DNA of 64,000 nt from an uncultured Pseudomonadales bacterium (GTDB lineage: Bacteria; Patescibacteriota; Microgenomatia; UBA1400; PJMF01): contig CAZSJW010000001.1 of the NCBI GenBank assembly GCA_964607285.1, positions 250,555 through 314,554 on the forward strand, read 5' to 3'. This document shows, piece after piece, positions 1 through 9,901 of this stretch. The translations under genes and the position numbers were made by a program. Position 1 is the first letter of the stretch; each line of letters begins with the position of its first letter. The notes beneath the pieces were generated by a model that was given only the letters and a program-made list of their open reading frames with translations, was not told where the DNA came from and searched no databases.

Positions 1-114
1 TCTGTAGACATGTCTGAACTGCAAGAACTTGAAGAACTGGTTGATACGGCAATGAAAACAAAAAGTGCCACTAAGAAAAAATCAACCAAAACCAAACGAA
101 CAATTAAAAAATAA
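1..114 (+). CDS. 3' end of an unidentified gene (Lys-rich C-terminal tail), truncated by the window edge
   Basis: Frame 1 is open from base 1 to TAA at 112-114 (...ELEELVDTAMKTKSATKKKSTKTKRTIKK*). Confidence 0.6.
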   Translation, partial: SVDMSELQELEELVDTAMKTKSATKKKSTKTKRTIKK

Positions 115-140
115 CTTGCTTCAACCCACACAAGGATTGT

Positions 141-1259
141 ATGCATATTGCGATTGATTGCCGGCTGGGTGGCATTGCTCACGCCGGCATTGGTCGATAC
201 ATCACTCACATTGTTCAGGAATTGATCGCACTATCAACCCCTGATGTTCATTGGAGCATCATCTGTAGAGACGCAGCGCAGGCAAGTGAAGTACTTGGAA
301 AGTTTCAGAAACACAAATCCGTTGCTGTAGTGTTTGTCCGTGCTAGACACTACACAATCAGAGAACAACTAGAACTTATTCCCGTGCTTTGGCGACTAAA
401 ACCAGATGTTTTTCACGTTCCGCATTTTAATGCGCCAGTTTTCTATTTTGGAAAAACCGTAGTAACCATCCATGATTTGCTGTGGCATGAAATGCGGGGC
501 AGTAGTGTTACCACACTTCCAGCTTGGCAATACTGGCTTAAGTACTACTTTTACAAGCTGATAACAAGTATAGGTATATCGCATGCATCAAAAGTCTTGG
601 TGCCCACGAAAGCCGTAAGTAATACTATTCTCTCATTTTACCCAAACGCAAAGCAAAAAATTCAAATTACTAAGGAAGGCGTTTCAGCTTCTTTCCTAAG
701 TAAAAAGCCAGCAACATACTCTTGGACTGCCCGCAGCCAAGCAGGCCTGCTATATGTTGGTTCTTTGTACCCTCATAAGAATGTAGAGCTTGTTCTCAAG
801 GCAGTACAGCGTATGTCTGATACAACCTTAAAAATTGTCGGTGCTCGTTCAGCATTTCTTCCTGAAGTACAGGCACTGGCAGCTCAATTGGGTATAGCGA
901 ATAGGGTAGAATTTACCGGAGCACTAAGTGACACTGAACTTGCAAAAGCGTATCAAACAGCCACTGCTCTTGTACAACCTTCTCGTTCAGAAGGATTTGG
1001 TCTTACTGGTATAGAAGCAATGGCAAGTGGAACACCTGTTCTTTGTTCTAACATACTAGTATTTAGGGAAGTGTACGCAGACAACGCTTTCTACTTCGAC
1101 CCAACCTCAGTTGACTCATTCATTGCTACCTACTCCCAACTGAAACAAAAGAAATCTGCTTCAAAAATTGCTGCTGCCTACTCGTATGCTAGCACTTTCT
1201 CGTGGAAGTCTACAGCAAGTGAAACAATGTCCGCATACACACAAGCAGCGTATGCATAA
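141..1259 (+). CDS. GT4 (GT-B) glycosyltransferase
   Basis: N-terminal GIGRY, TIHDL, YVGSLYPHKN and the GT4 signature EGFGLTGIEAMASGTPV. Confidence 0.92.
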   Translation: MHIAIDCRLGGIAHAGIGRYITHIVQELIALSTPDVHWSIICRDAAQASEVLGKFQKHKSVAVVFVRARHYTIREQLELIPVLWRLKPDVFHVPHFNAPVFYFGKTVVTIHDLLWHEMRGSSVTTLPAWQYWLKYYFYKLITSIGISHASKVLVPTKAVSNTILSFYPNAKQKIQITKEGVSASFLSKKPATYSWTARSQAGLLYVGSLYPHKNVELVLKAVQRMSDTTLKIVGARSAFLPEVQALAAQLGIANRVEFTGALSDTELAKAYQTATALVQPSRSEGFGLTGIEAMASGTPVLCSNILVFREVYADNAFYFDPTSVDSFIATYSQLKQKKSASKIAAAYSYASTFSWKSTASETMSAYTQAAYA

Positions 1260-2493
1260 TCAAGTTCTGACAGATAGCGAGCTATCTAGAAACCCTACAG
1301 TTGCAATTGTATATGACAAGGCAAGTGTGTCTTTTGGTGGCGCGGAACGAGTACTGAGTGCACTTCACGAATTGTATCCTCAGGCACCATTATTTACCTC
1401 ACTTTTCTCTTCCATGGCCCAGCAGTGGAACAGAGATATGCCCGTTGTTCCTTCATTCCTGCAATTCTTGAACTGGATTCCTAACAGTTACCGCCTTCTT
1501 GTCCCATTCTTTCCCTTAGCGTTTGAATCTTTTTCACTAGCTGATTTTGACATAATTGTATCTGTAACCAGTGGTGAAGCCAAAGGTGTACTAACAAAGC
1601 CAGACCAGTTGCATATTTGTTATCTGCTTACCCCACCTAGATATCTATACAGCCATGCACATGAGTATGAGTCTCACCCATCTGTCTCAAGTCGGATGCT
1701 ACAACCCTTCATTCGGACAGCGACCAAATATCTGAGATGGTGGGATCAAGCAGCGATTCACCGACCAGACTATATAGTTCCTATTTCACAGCTAGTGGCG
1801 AAAAGAGTGACCACATACTACAAACTAGGTACAGAGAAGGTACTGTACCCACCCGTTGCAGCCACATCTATCGAAAAAGCTTACAGTTTACCGTACAAGT
1901 ATTTTCTCAGCGTTTCCCGTCTGGTACCGTATAAAAGAGTAGACCTGAGCATTGCTGCCTGTGTAAAGCACCAGAAAACCCTCATAATTGTAGGCAGTGG
2001 CATGGAATACCAAAGATTGTTTACACTCGCCGCCAGCAACGCTGCAGTCAGAAAAAAAGATCAAAACCTCTATACATTTCTCCTAAGCGCCAGTAAGCTG
2101 CAAGCAACTATTTTATTTGTTGGTAATGTCTCTGAGGATGAACTACAGAAGCTATACGCTGGAGCAATAGCTCTAGTGCTCCCAGGACTTGAAGATTTTG
2201 GTATAGCAGCACTAGAAGCTGCCCTGCAAGGTACTCCAACAATTATGCAAAAAAACAGTGGTGTTGCAGAGATACTGACTGCTCCAAAACTTAGTATTCC
2301 TTTGTTAGAATTGACTGTTGATGCTATGATAGACAGTATGAAAAAGCTGGAAAAAACAAAATTTTCATCTGGACCACTCCAAGCTGCGGCTAGAAATCAT
2401 ACAACTTCATACTTTAAAAAGAGCTTCGCCCGACTGGTGAATCAGTTATGGCGACATCACAATACTACAAAGGAAACCTATGTCTCATCTTGA
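1252..2493 (+). CDS. GT4 glycosyltransferase
   Basis: GGAERVL, SRLVPYKRVDL, EDFGIAALEA; start moved to ATG 1252, which overlaps the upstream stop. Confidence 0.9.
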   Translation: MHNQVLTDSELSRNPTVAIVYDKASVSFGGAERVLSALHELYPQAPLFTSLFSSMAQQWNRDMPVVPSFLQFLNWIPNSYRLLVPFFPLAFESFSLADFDIIVSVTSGEAKGVLTKPDQLHICYLLTPPRYLYSHAHEYESHPSVSSRMLQPFIRTATKYLRWWDQAAIHRPDYIVPISQLVAKRVTTYYKLGTEKVLYPPVAATSIEKAYSLPYKYFLSVSRLVPYKRVDLSIAACVKHQKTLIIVGSGMEYQRLFTLAASNAAVRKKDQNLYTFLLSASKLQATILFVGNVSEDELQKLYAGAIALVLPGLEDFGIAALEAALQGTPTIMQKNSGVAEILTAPKLSIPLLELTVDAMIDSMKKLEKTKFSSGPLQAAARNHTTSYFKKSFARLVNQLWRHHNTTKETYVSS

Positions 2494-3583
2494 CCATGTC
2501 TACGCAGTTGTACTAGCTGGAGGTGGTGGCACAAGACTGTGGCCCAAAAGCCGTAATACTTCACCAAAACAGTTTTTGAAGCTTGTCGGTGACGAGACAA
2601 TGATTCAGGTTTCTGCTGCTCGTATCACTAAACTCGTACCATGGGAACGGGTGATTGTTGTGACAAATGAGCTATACAAAAATGAAGTCCACGAGCAACT
2701 ACCACAGGTACCTGTGGAAAATATTATTGCGGAGCCTCAGAAACGAGATACCGCATTAGCTATGTTGGTTGGAACCCTATATGCGAAATCTCTGGACCCA
2801 AATGCCATTATCGTCAACCTAGCTTCTGACCACATTGTGACAGATACTAAAGAGTTTTTGCGTGTTATGACAGCAGCTACAAAAGTCGCATTTGAACAGG
2901 ATGTGCTTGTGACTGTGGGTATTCAACCAACGTTTCCATCTAGTGGGTTTGGATACATTAAGATCGGCAATGATCTACAAAAGCTTGATAAGGGATTATC
3001 ATTATTCACCGTAGATAGTTTTACAGAAAAACCAAATGTTGCTACTGCACAAGCTTTTATTTCTACTGGTAAGTACTTCTGGAATGCGAACATGTATGTC
3101 TGGTCAGCAAAGTCACTACTGGCAGCTTTTGAAAAGTACATGCCTTCACTGTATGAACTTACTAAAAACCTTAGCTCTGAATCAGCAGAATTATTTCATA
3201 GCAAACTTGCAGCGATTTACCAAAACTCTGAGAGCATCTCTATAGATTACGCAATTTCAGAAAAAGCGAACAATTTAGTGCTCATCCCTGGAGATTTCGG
3301 TTGGAATGATGTGGGGGACTGGAAAGTTGTCTATGACCTTGGCACTAAAGACTCGGCAGGAAACGTAATCATGGGTGAACATACAATTGTTCAAACACTT
3401 GCAATTAACTCTAAAAATAACCTCGTTCACACTAATGGCAGATTAGTGGCATTGTATGGTATGAGCGACATGATTGTCATTGATACAGAAGAAATCCTGA
3501 TGGTTATACCAAAAGCTATGAGCCAAGATGTCAAAAAACTTGTGGAACACCTTAAAGCAGAGAATAAAAATGAGTATTTGTGA
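2480..3583 (+). CDS. manC: Mannose-1-phosphate guanylyltransferase
   Basis: LAGGGGTRLWPKSR..PKQFL, FTEKP, WNANMY, ISIDYAISEK, GWNDVGDW. Confidence 0.92.
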   Translation: MSHLDHVYAVVLAGGGGTRLWPKSRNTSPKQFLKLVGDETMIQVSAARITKLVPWERVIVVTNELYKNEVHEQLPQVPVENIIAEPQKRDTALAMLVGTLYAKSLDPNAIIVNLASDHIVTDTKEFLRVMTAATKVAFEQDVLVTVGIQPTFPSSGFGYIKIGNDLQKLDKGLSLFTVDSFTEKPNVATAQAFISTGKYFWNANMYVWSAKSLLAAFEKYMPSLYELTKNLSSESAELFHSKLAAIYQNSESISIDYAISEKANNLVLIPGDFGWNDVGDWKVVYDLGTKDSAGNVIMGEHTIVQTLAINSKNNLVHTNGRLVALYGMSDMIVIDTEEILMVIPKAMSQDVKKLVEHLKAENKNEYL

Positions 3584-3633
3584 TCAACGCATGTTATATA
3601 CTGATGGGGTTCTTTTCTAGTATACTGAGCATA

Positions 3634-4254
3634 ATGTCATACGCAGAACAAAAACGATTACTTGATTTAGTGGTAGCAACTATACTTGCGGTCGTGTTTT
3701 TGCCAATATGGTTTCTGATCCCAATTTTAATTTATGTGGACTCAGGTTTTCCAATTATTTTCAAACATAGACGTGTTGGCAAAAATGGCATGGCATTTGA
3801 TCTATACAAGTTTCGTTCTATGGTGCCAGATGCTGATGAAATCTTGCATAAGCGAAATCCACAGCTCCTAGAACAGTTTAAAAATGGTGACTGGAAAATT
3901 CAAAATGATCCTAGAATTACTAGACTGGGTAGGGTTCTCCGTTCGCTAACCATAGATGAATTCCCTCAGCTATACAATGTCTTTCGTGGTGAGATGAGTA
4001 TGATTGGTCCAAGAGCCTACGTCCAAAAAGAGCTCGATGAACAAACTACAAGATACCCTGAGACTAAACAATACGTTAGTCATATTCTTTCTGTAAAACC
4101 AGGGATCACTGGCCCTTGGCAAACAAGCGGCAGAAACGAGGTCCCATTCAAAACTCGTGCCAAAATGGATGCACAATATGCAAAAAAACAGTCTATCTGG
4201 GAAGATATTCAGATCTTGCTCAAAACACCTCAAGCGATGATCTCAAAATGGTAA
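3634..4254 (+). CDS. Priming sugar transferase (undecaprenyl-phosphate sugar-1-phosphate transferase, Bac_transf family)
   Basis: KRLLDL, YKFRSM, DPRITRLG..LR...DEFPQ, GEMSMIGPR, KPGITG; start placed at ATG 3634, 7 nt after TATACT. Confidence 0.9.
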   Translation: MSYAEQKRLLDLVVATILAVVFLPIWFLIPILIYVDSGFPIIFKHRRVGKNGMAFDLYKFRSMVPDADEILHKRNPQLLEQFKNGDWKIQNDPRITRLGRVLRSLTIDEFPQLYNVFRGEMSMIGPRAYVQKELDEQTTRYPETKQYVSHILSVKPGITGPWQTSGRNEVPFKTRAKMDAQYAKKQSIWEDIQILLKTPQAMISKW

Positions 4255-4284
4255 ATCACAATACTTTTTGCTATACTTGCCCCT

Positions 4285-6291
4285 ATGCCCAACGCGCACA
4301 CTCCTAGTAACTCCGATACACACGAAACTATAGCTACTCGATTGTATGAGGATACGATTACGGGCGTTTCCTCAGACCCTGCTGCACCAACTACTCCTGT
4401 AAAAAGCCGACTAAAAAAAAGCTGGAGCAAACGGAGTAAGATACTGCTGATTTCATTGCTTTTACTGTTACTTAGCTTTATTAGTACCGCTAGTGTGCTT
4501 GGATTTTACAGTTATCGTGTTGTTCTGTCGCTACGCGAACAAGCAACGATTGGTGAAACACAAGCCCGAGAAGCATATCAATTATTCAAGGCACAAGATT
4601 TACCAGGAGCAAAAAGTAAAATTGCAGACTTACAAAAAACTGTAGATACCACTAACTCACTATACGGTAAATTGTCATTTGCACGGTACATGCCAATTGC
4701 GAGAGGCTACTACACTGATGGACAACATGGCATGAACGCCGCTCAGGCTGGTCTGCGTGCTGCAGAACAATCAATGGCAGCTGTTGAACCATACGCCGAT
4801 GTACTCGGCTTCACAGGTGAAGGTTCATTTACGGGCGGTACCACAGAAGACAGACTAAAAGTCATATTAGAAACACTAGATAAAGTAACGCCGCTGTTCG
4901 ACCAGATCACAGAAGAGATGCGTACAGTGGAAACTGAGCTGGCAGCAATTGACCCAAATAGATATCCAGAGGATTTTAAAGACAAACCTATTCGTTCATA
5001 CATCCTGCAAGTACAAGAGTTAAGCACTGGTGCTGTAAGTGCACTGACTGAGTACCGACCCGTGCTTGAACAGTTACCAGATGTAGCAGGAGGTAGAGGT
5101 GAAAGAAAAAAGTACCTGATTTTATTTCAGAACGATAATGAGCTCCGACCAACCGGCGGTTTCTTGACAGCCTATGCCATTATCAATGTAGAAAATGGCA
5201 AAGTGGAAGCAGAAAAATCAGATGACATCTATGAACTAGACCAGAAGTATAAAAAAACAGAAGCTATTCCACCTGAACTAGGCAGATATCTCACTACTGA
5301 GAAACTGTGGAATTTACGTGATATGAATGTTTCGCCAGATTTCAAAACGTCAATGGATCAATTTTACAGTGTGTACAAGAACATTCCTGGTGAACCAGAG
5401 AGCATTGATGGCATAATTGCAGTAGACACCCACTTCCTGACAAACCTGATGAAAGTGCTCGGCCCTGTGGAAGTTCCTGGATACGGCACATTTAGTGCTG
5501 AAAATGATCCTCGCTGTGACTGTCCGCAAATTATCTACGTCTTGTCAGAAATTATTACCAGACCAACTCCATACCTGCGTGAAGATCGAAAAGGAATTTT
5601 AGGTCCTCTCATGCGTTCACTGCTAACGAAAGCCTATACTGCACCAAAACAGCAATGGCCTCAGTTGTTCGAGACAGGATTCAAGAGTGTCATGGCTCGT
5701 CATGCACAGATGTACTTCCTTGATGAAAGTGCACAAGCAGCAGCTGAAACTGCACAAGCTGCTGGCAGAATGCAACCTGTAGAGAACAGTGACTTCCTAG
5801 GTATAGTCAATGCAAACCTTGGTGGTGCCAAATCCAACTTATTTGTCAGCTATGATGCAGTACAAACCGTCTCAGCGCCACGTGACGGTATGATCACTAA
5901 ATCAGTCGAAATTACCTACAAAAACTCCCGTAAAGGGGACAACTGCAATCTTGAAGCAGGTCTGCTATGTTTGAACTCAACACTTCGAGACTGGACAAGA
6001 ATTTATGTGCCTGCAGGCTCTGAGCTGGTAGAGGCACAAGGATTCACAGAGGAAGCTAAAATCTATGATGAAAACGGCTTTACCGTTTTTGACGGATTTT
6101 TTACGCTAGAACCACTCGGTACAGCCAAACTAAAACTCACCTATAAAGTTCCTTACAATGATATGGAAAAATATCGCATCACTGTTTGGAAACAAGGTGG
6201 CATTGAACGCTATGAGCTACTCTCCGATGTAGAGGGCGGACAAGAGAAAGTACTTGTAGAATCAGATCTCACATACGAAACTGAGTTCTAG
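4285..6291 (+). CDS. Membrane-anchored DUF4012-like protein
   Basis: N-terminal TM helix, helical region, then YLILFQNDNELRPTGGF, LRDMNVSPDF and IDGIIAVD motifs. Confidence 0.8.
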   Translation: MPNAHTPSNSDTHETIATRLYEDTITGVSSDPAAPTTPVKSRLKKSWSKRSKILLISLLLLLLSFISTASVLGFYSYRVVLSLREQATIGETQAREAYQLFKAQDLPGAKSKIADLQKTVDTTNSLYGKLSFARYMPIARGYYTDGQHGMNAAQAGLRAAEQSMAAVEPYADVLGFTGEGSFTGGTTEDRLKVILETLDKVTPLFDQITEEMRTVETELAAIDPNRYPEDFKDKPIRSYILQVQELSTGAVSALTEYRPVLEQLPDVAGGRGERKKYLILFQNDNELRPTGGFLTAYAIINVENGKVEAEKSDDIYELDQKYKKTEAIPPELGRYLTTEKLWNLRDMNVSPDFKTSMDQFYSVYKNIPGEPESIDGIIAVDTHFLTNLMKVLGPVEVPGYGTFSAENDPRCDCPQIIYVLSEIITRPTPYLREDRKGILGPLMRSLLTKAYTAPKQQWPQLFETGFKSVMARHAQMYFLDESAQAAAETAQAAGRMQPVENSDFLGIVNANLGGAKSNLFVSYDAVQTVSAPRDGMITKSVEITYKNSRKGDNCNLEAGLLCLNSTLRDWTRIYVPAGSELVEAQGFTEEAKIYDENGFTVFDGFFTLEPLGTAKLKLTYKVPYNDMEKYRITVWKQGGIERYELLSDVEGGQEKVLVESDLTYETEF

Positions 6292-6305
6292 GCTACAATA
6301 CAGTC

Positions 6306-6848
6306 ATGGCATCTCGAACATTTTCAGCGCAAGGCATAATCTTGAAGCGCACTGATAGTGGTGAACAAGACCGTATTGTCCACATCCTTACTAAAGAGCG
6401 TGGGAAAATGATTTGCGTTGCTAAAGGAGTTCGCCGTATCACTTCCTCCAAAGCAAGCAGCTTAGAACCTGGCAACTTCATCTCTGGTTTTTTCGTTGAA
6501 ACAAAAAGCTGGCCACTACTGACTCAAGCAAAACTGATTGCAGACTGCGCAACCATGCCGAGAACACTACAAGCGTTTAGGCAACTTTCGCAAATATTAG
6601 AAATATTTGACCAAGTATTCGTGGAAGAAGAAATTGATACACCAATGTTTACTCTAATTACCAAGCTACGAAGCACCGTGACAAAGCCCGTCGTATCTAC
6701 TGCTCTCATTAGGGCTCAATTAAGTCTTCTTATCACACAGTTGGGCTTCCCTCACCCAGACACCCGACCAAACCTTACTATCAGTGACTATATTTCACAA
6801 CTCACCGAGCGACAAATAAAAAGTTATGACTACCTGAAAACTAAGTAG
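6306..6848 (+). CDS. recO: DNA repair protein RecO (short form)
   Basis: GIILKRTDSGEQDRIVHILTKERGK...AKGVRRITS OB-fold motif; recO-glyRS synteny. Confidence 0.88.
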   Translation: MASRTFSAQGIILKRTDSGEQDRIVHILTKERGKMICVAKGVRRITSSKASSLEPGNFISGFFVETKSWPLLTQAKLIADCATMPRTLQAFRQLSQILEIFDQVFVEEEIDTPMFTLITKLRSTVTKPVVSTALIRAQLSLLITQLGFPHPDTRPNLTISDYISQLTERQIKSYDYLKTK

Positions 6849-6856
6849 CTCTCACA

Positions 6857-6865
6857 TGGTATACT
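6857..6865 (+). promoter_or_regulatory. Extended -10 promoter for the glyRS leader
   Basis: TGgTATACT about 6 nt upstream of the first T-box helix. Confidence 0.65.
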
Positions 6866-6871
6866 AACTAC

Positions 6872-7012
6872 TGTGTACTACTGAGTCTGTGGCAAGCTCA
6901 AAAAAAAGTAGGATCACACTGAAAGTGTTTCGCAGTTAGCGAGAAAAAAGGGTGGAACCGCCGAACATTGTTTGGTCCCTTTAGTAACAAATGTTGCACG
7001 GGAAAGGGTTTC
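6872..7012 (+). promoter_or_regulatory. Glycine-specific T-box riboswitch (minimal form, probably translational)
   Basis: Antiterminator AAAGGG-TGGAACC-GCCGAAC/GTTTGGT-CCCTTT at 6947-6982; UGGA complements tRNA-Gly U73-CCA; Gly codon GGC at 6891-6893 in a hairpin loop; lies directly before glyRS. Confidence 0.85.
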
Positions 7013-8404
7013 ATGCTAATTGCACAAAGTTCTCAACCATCTCTAGAGCAGATTACTTCTTTGGCAAAGCGCCGTGGTTTTGTGTACCAAACATCTAGCA
7101 TTTACGGTGGCTTGACTAGTTCGTATGATTTAGGTCCACTTGGGACTGAGCTTATGCGCAACATTCGTGCAGCCTGGTGGGAGTTCTTTATTTCCAGACG
7201 ACCAGATATGGTGGGCCTAGACTCACAAATCATGCTGCACCCACAGACTTGGGTTGCGTCAGGACATGTTGCCTCTTTTAGTGACCCGCTTGTTGAAGAT
7301 ACGGTGACAAAAAAAAGATATCGGGCAGATCACTTGATAGAGGCCTGGCTTAACAAGCATCCCGACAGCTCTATAGTTGTTGAGACAATGGATCTAACGG
7401 CTATGGCGGTTTTCTTGACAGAACACAATGTCCTGAGTCCTGATGGAAATGCCATCACCGAACCGAAGTCATTCAACCTCTTGTTTGAGACCGAAATTGG
7501 TTCTGTGGCGGGAGACAAAGCAAAAGTCTACCTGCGCGGAGAAACTGCACAAGGTATTTTCACTAACTTTAAAAATATCTTAGATTCAACCCGCGTCCAA
7601 CTGCCATTTGGTGTTGGTCAGATTGGAAAAAGCTTCCGCAATGAAATCACTACGGGACAGTTTGTCTTCCGCACACTAGAGTTTGAACAAGCCGAAATCG
7701 AGTACTTTTTCAACCCTCAACAGACGGACTGGAAAGTGCTCTTCAAAGAGTGGCAAGACTTGATGTGGGAATTTGTGACAGAAGTCATTGGGATACAGCC
7801 AAAAAATTTGCGCTGGCGCACACACACCGATACTGAGCGAAGCTTCTATAGCTTAGAAACAATGGACCTTGAGTATCTCTTCTCATTCGGCTGGAAAGAA
7901 CTGTGGGGCATTGCATACCGTACTGACTATGATCTCAAGCAACATGAAGTGTTAAGTGGCGAATCACTCCACTACACCGACCCTCATTCAGGCGAATCAT
8001 TCATTCCCCACGTTATCGAGCCCGCACTTGGCTTATCTAGGCTTTTCCTAATGCTACTAACTGATAGTTATATTGTGGACACTGAACGAAACCGCACTGT
8101 ATTGCGATTACCAAAATCCTTGGCCCCTACCAGAGCAGCAGTGTTTCCTCTGGTTCGCAACAAACCAGAACTGGTTGCTGCTGCTAAGGATATATGGCAG
8201 ACGCTTGCGCCTCATCATAGAGTCAGTTGGGATGACAGAGGTAACATTGGTAAACGATACTTATACCAAGATGAAGTGGGCACTCCATACTGCATAACAG
8301 TGGACTACCAAACACTGGAGGATCAAACAGTTACTATACGCGAACGTGACACAGCTACACAACAACGAATTGCTATCTCCAAACTCATAGAATTCTTGAG
8401 GTAA
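7013..8404 (+). CDS. glyQS: Glycine--tRNA ligase, alpha2 (GlyRS-1) type
   Basis: KRRGFVY...IYGG, YLRGETAQGIF, GQIGKSFRNEI, FRTLEFEQAEIE, PHVIEPALG, IGKRY..QDEVGTP; the ORF-track start at 6968 lies inside the T-box. Confidence 0.95.
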   Translation: MLIAQSSQPSLEQITSLAKRRGFVYQTSSIYGGLTSSYDLGPLGTELMRNIRAAWWEFFISRRPDMVGLDSQIMLHPQTWVASGHVASFSDPLVEDTVTKKRYRADHLIEAWLNKHPDSSIVVETMDLTAMAVFLTEHNVLSPDGNAITEPKSFNLLFETEIGSVAGDKAKVYLRGETAQGIFTNFKNILDSTRVQLPFGVGQIGKSFRNEITTGQFVFRTLEFEQAEIEYFFNPQQTDWKVLFKEWQDLMWEFVTEVIGIQPKNLRWRTHTDTERSFYSLETMDLEYLFSFGWKELWGIAYRTDYDLKQHEVLSGESLHYTDPHSGESFIPHVIEPALGLSRLFLMLLTDSYIVDTERNRTVLRLPKSLAPTRAAVFPLVRNKPELVAAAKDIWQTLAPHHRVSWDDRGNIGKRYLYQDEVGTPYCITVDYQTLEDQTVTIRERDTATQQRIAISKLIEFLR

Positions 8405-8447
8405 GTGACAGTTTGCGACTCTAGTATTTTAGTATAGAATGGCCTCT

Positions 8448-9248
8448 ATGCAGAAAAAGCTCATTATCCCGATAGCTGTTGTTTTACTTATCATTGGCGG
8501 TGTCAGTGCATATTTTTTGACCAGAGAAAACAAAACCGATGTAGCTGATACTAGGAAACAAAAGAAGAAAGTTGAAGAGCCTGTGAATGTCATCCCCGTA
8601 GCAGAACGCCCCTACGTACAGATCTCACCAGTAGCTGATGGCAGAAATATTGAACTACTTGTTAAATCGCTCAACAAACCAGCAACAAGCGCAGAGTATG
8701 AGCTTGAGTACCAGTCAGGCACTTTACTGCAAGGAGCGTTTGGTTTACTTGAGCTATCACAAGTTCCTGCAAAGGAAACAATTTTACTAGGCAGCTGTAG
8801 CGCAGGTGGCAAGTGTACTTACCATGAAGATGTGAAAGGTGGAAGTCTCAAGCTTACATTTGATGGTGCGGAGCGGTACGCAGTTAAATCAGATTGGCGA
8901 TACTTTGAGAATACAGCTAAGGAAACAGCATTTTCTTCAAAGGATGCCAAGTTTCAAATTGAGTCAAAGTCATTTGCAACCCAACCATATGTGGTAATTT
9001 ACAATAGCCCAGGGTATCCAGAGGGAGTAGAGGGTGTCGTGTCTGAAAGTTACTCATTGGCTGTGAGTAAAACAATTACTGGAACAGCTACCTTGACCAT
9101 ACGTGCTGAGCAAGAGGGTAATCTCCAGATTATGGGTTGGAATGGCAGTGAGTGGCAGAGCTTTGAGAGTACTGTAGATGGAAAGATGGTTAGTGCTGAG
9201 GTGGATTTGATGGAGTTGTATGTGGTAAAAAACCTCTTGAGTAACTAA
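8448..9248 (+). CDS. Membrane-anchored extracytoplasmic protein of unknown function
   Basis: N-terminal TM helix, beta-rich domain with a CSAGGKC Cys pair; start at 8448 follows TTGCGA-16-TAGAAT. Confidence 0.7.
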   Translation: MQKKLIIPIAVVLLIIGGVSAYFLTRENKTDVADTRKQKKKVEEPVNVIPVAERPYVQISPVADGRNIELLVKSLNKPATSAEYELEYQSGTLLQGAFGLLELSQVPAKETILLGSCSAGGKCTYHEDVKGGSLKLTFDGAERYAVKSDWRYFENTAKETAFSSKDAKFQIESKSFATQPYVVIYNSPGYPEGVEGVVSESYSLAVSKTITGTATLTIRAEQEGNLQIMGWNGSEWQSFESTVDGKMVSAEVDLMELYVVKNLLSN

Positions 9249-9259
9249 CCTTTTACTGT

Positions 9260-9901
9260 ATGAAGGATCAAGTAAGAATATCGTATAATACAATTGCTGA
9301 ACGGTACGCACAAACTAGAAAGCAATTCAGCAAGAGCAACAATTTTCACTTAGAACTACTTAATACATATCTAAAAAGTGGATCTACTGTGTTAGATCTT
9401 GGCTGTGGGTCAGGATTTCCAGTTTCAGCTTTCTTTGCAAACAAAGGTCACAAAGTAATTGGTTTGGACATTTCAGAAAAGCAGATTGAGCTTGCAAAAA
9501 GTAACGTCCCAGATGGGCAGTTTGAGGTAGGAGATATTGAAACCTTACATGAGTCAGCGTTCAAAGTTGATGCTGTACTTGCGTTTTACTCTATCTTTCA
9601 TATTTCTAGAGATAAACATGCTGAGATCATAACTAGAATAGCTAGTTTTTTAAGTCCAGGTGGAATGCTTTTGATAACTATGGGTGCTGCAGAATGGGAA
9701 GGAAATGATAACTTCCTTGGAGTTAAGATGTTTTGGAGTCACTGGGGTCAGGAAAGAAATACTGCCATTGTACTTCGCGCTGGCTTTAAGATTATCATCA
9801 ATGTAATTGATCACTCTGGTGAAGAAGAACACCAAGTAATACTCGCACAGTTAAAAAGCATTCAATTAACCAGAAAACCAATGATTTTTTCAAAACAGTA
9901 G
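9260..9901 (+). CDS. Class I SAM-dependent methyltransferase
   Basis: VLDLGCGSG, GLDISEKQI, FLSPGG. Confidence 0.88.
   Translation: MKDQVRISYNTIAERYAQTRKQFSKSNNFHLELLNTYLKSGSTVLDLGCGSGFPVSAFFANKGHKVIGLDISEKQIELAKSNVPDGQFEVGDIETLHESAFKVDAVLAFYSIFHISRDKHAEIITRIASFLSPGGMLLITMGAAEWEGNDNFLGVKMFWSHWGQERNTAIVLRAGFKIIINVIDHSGEEEHQVILAQLKSIQLTRKPMIFSKQ

Noticed and set aside
6968-7012. ORF-track N-terminal extensions of glyQS (6968) and ileS (39935)
   Set aside because: They overlap the T-box antiterminator/terminator helices; ATG 7013 and ATG 39995 fit better
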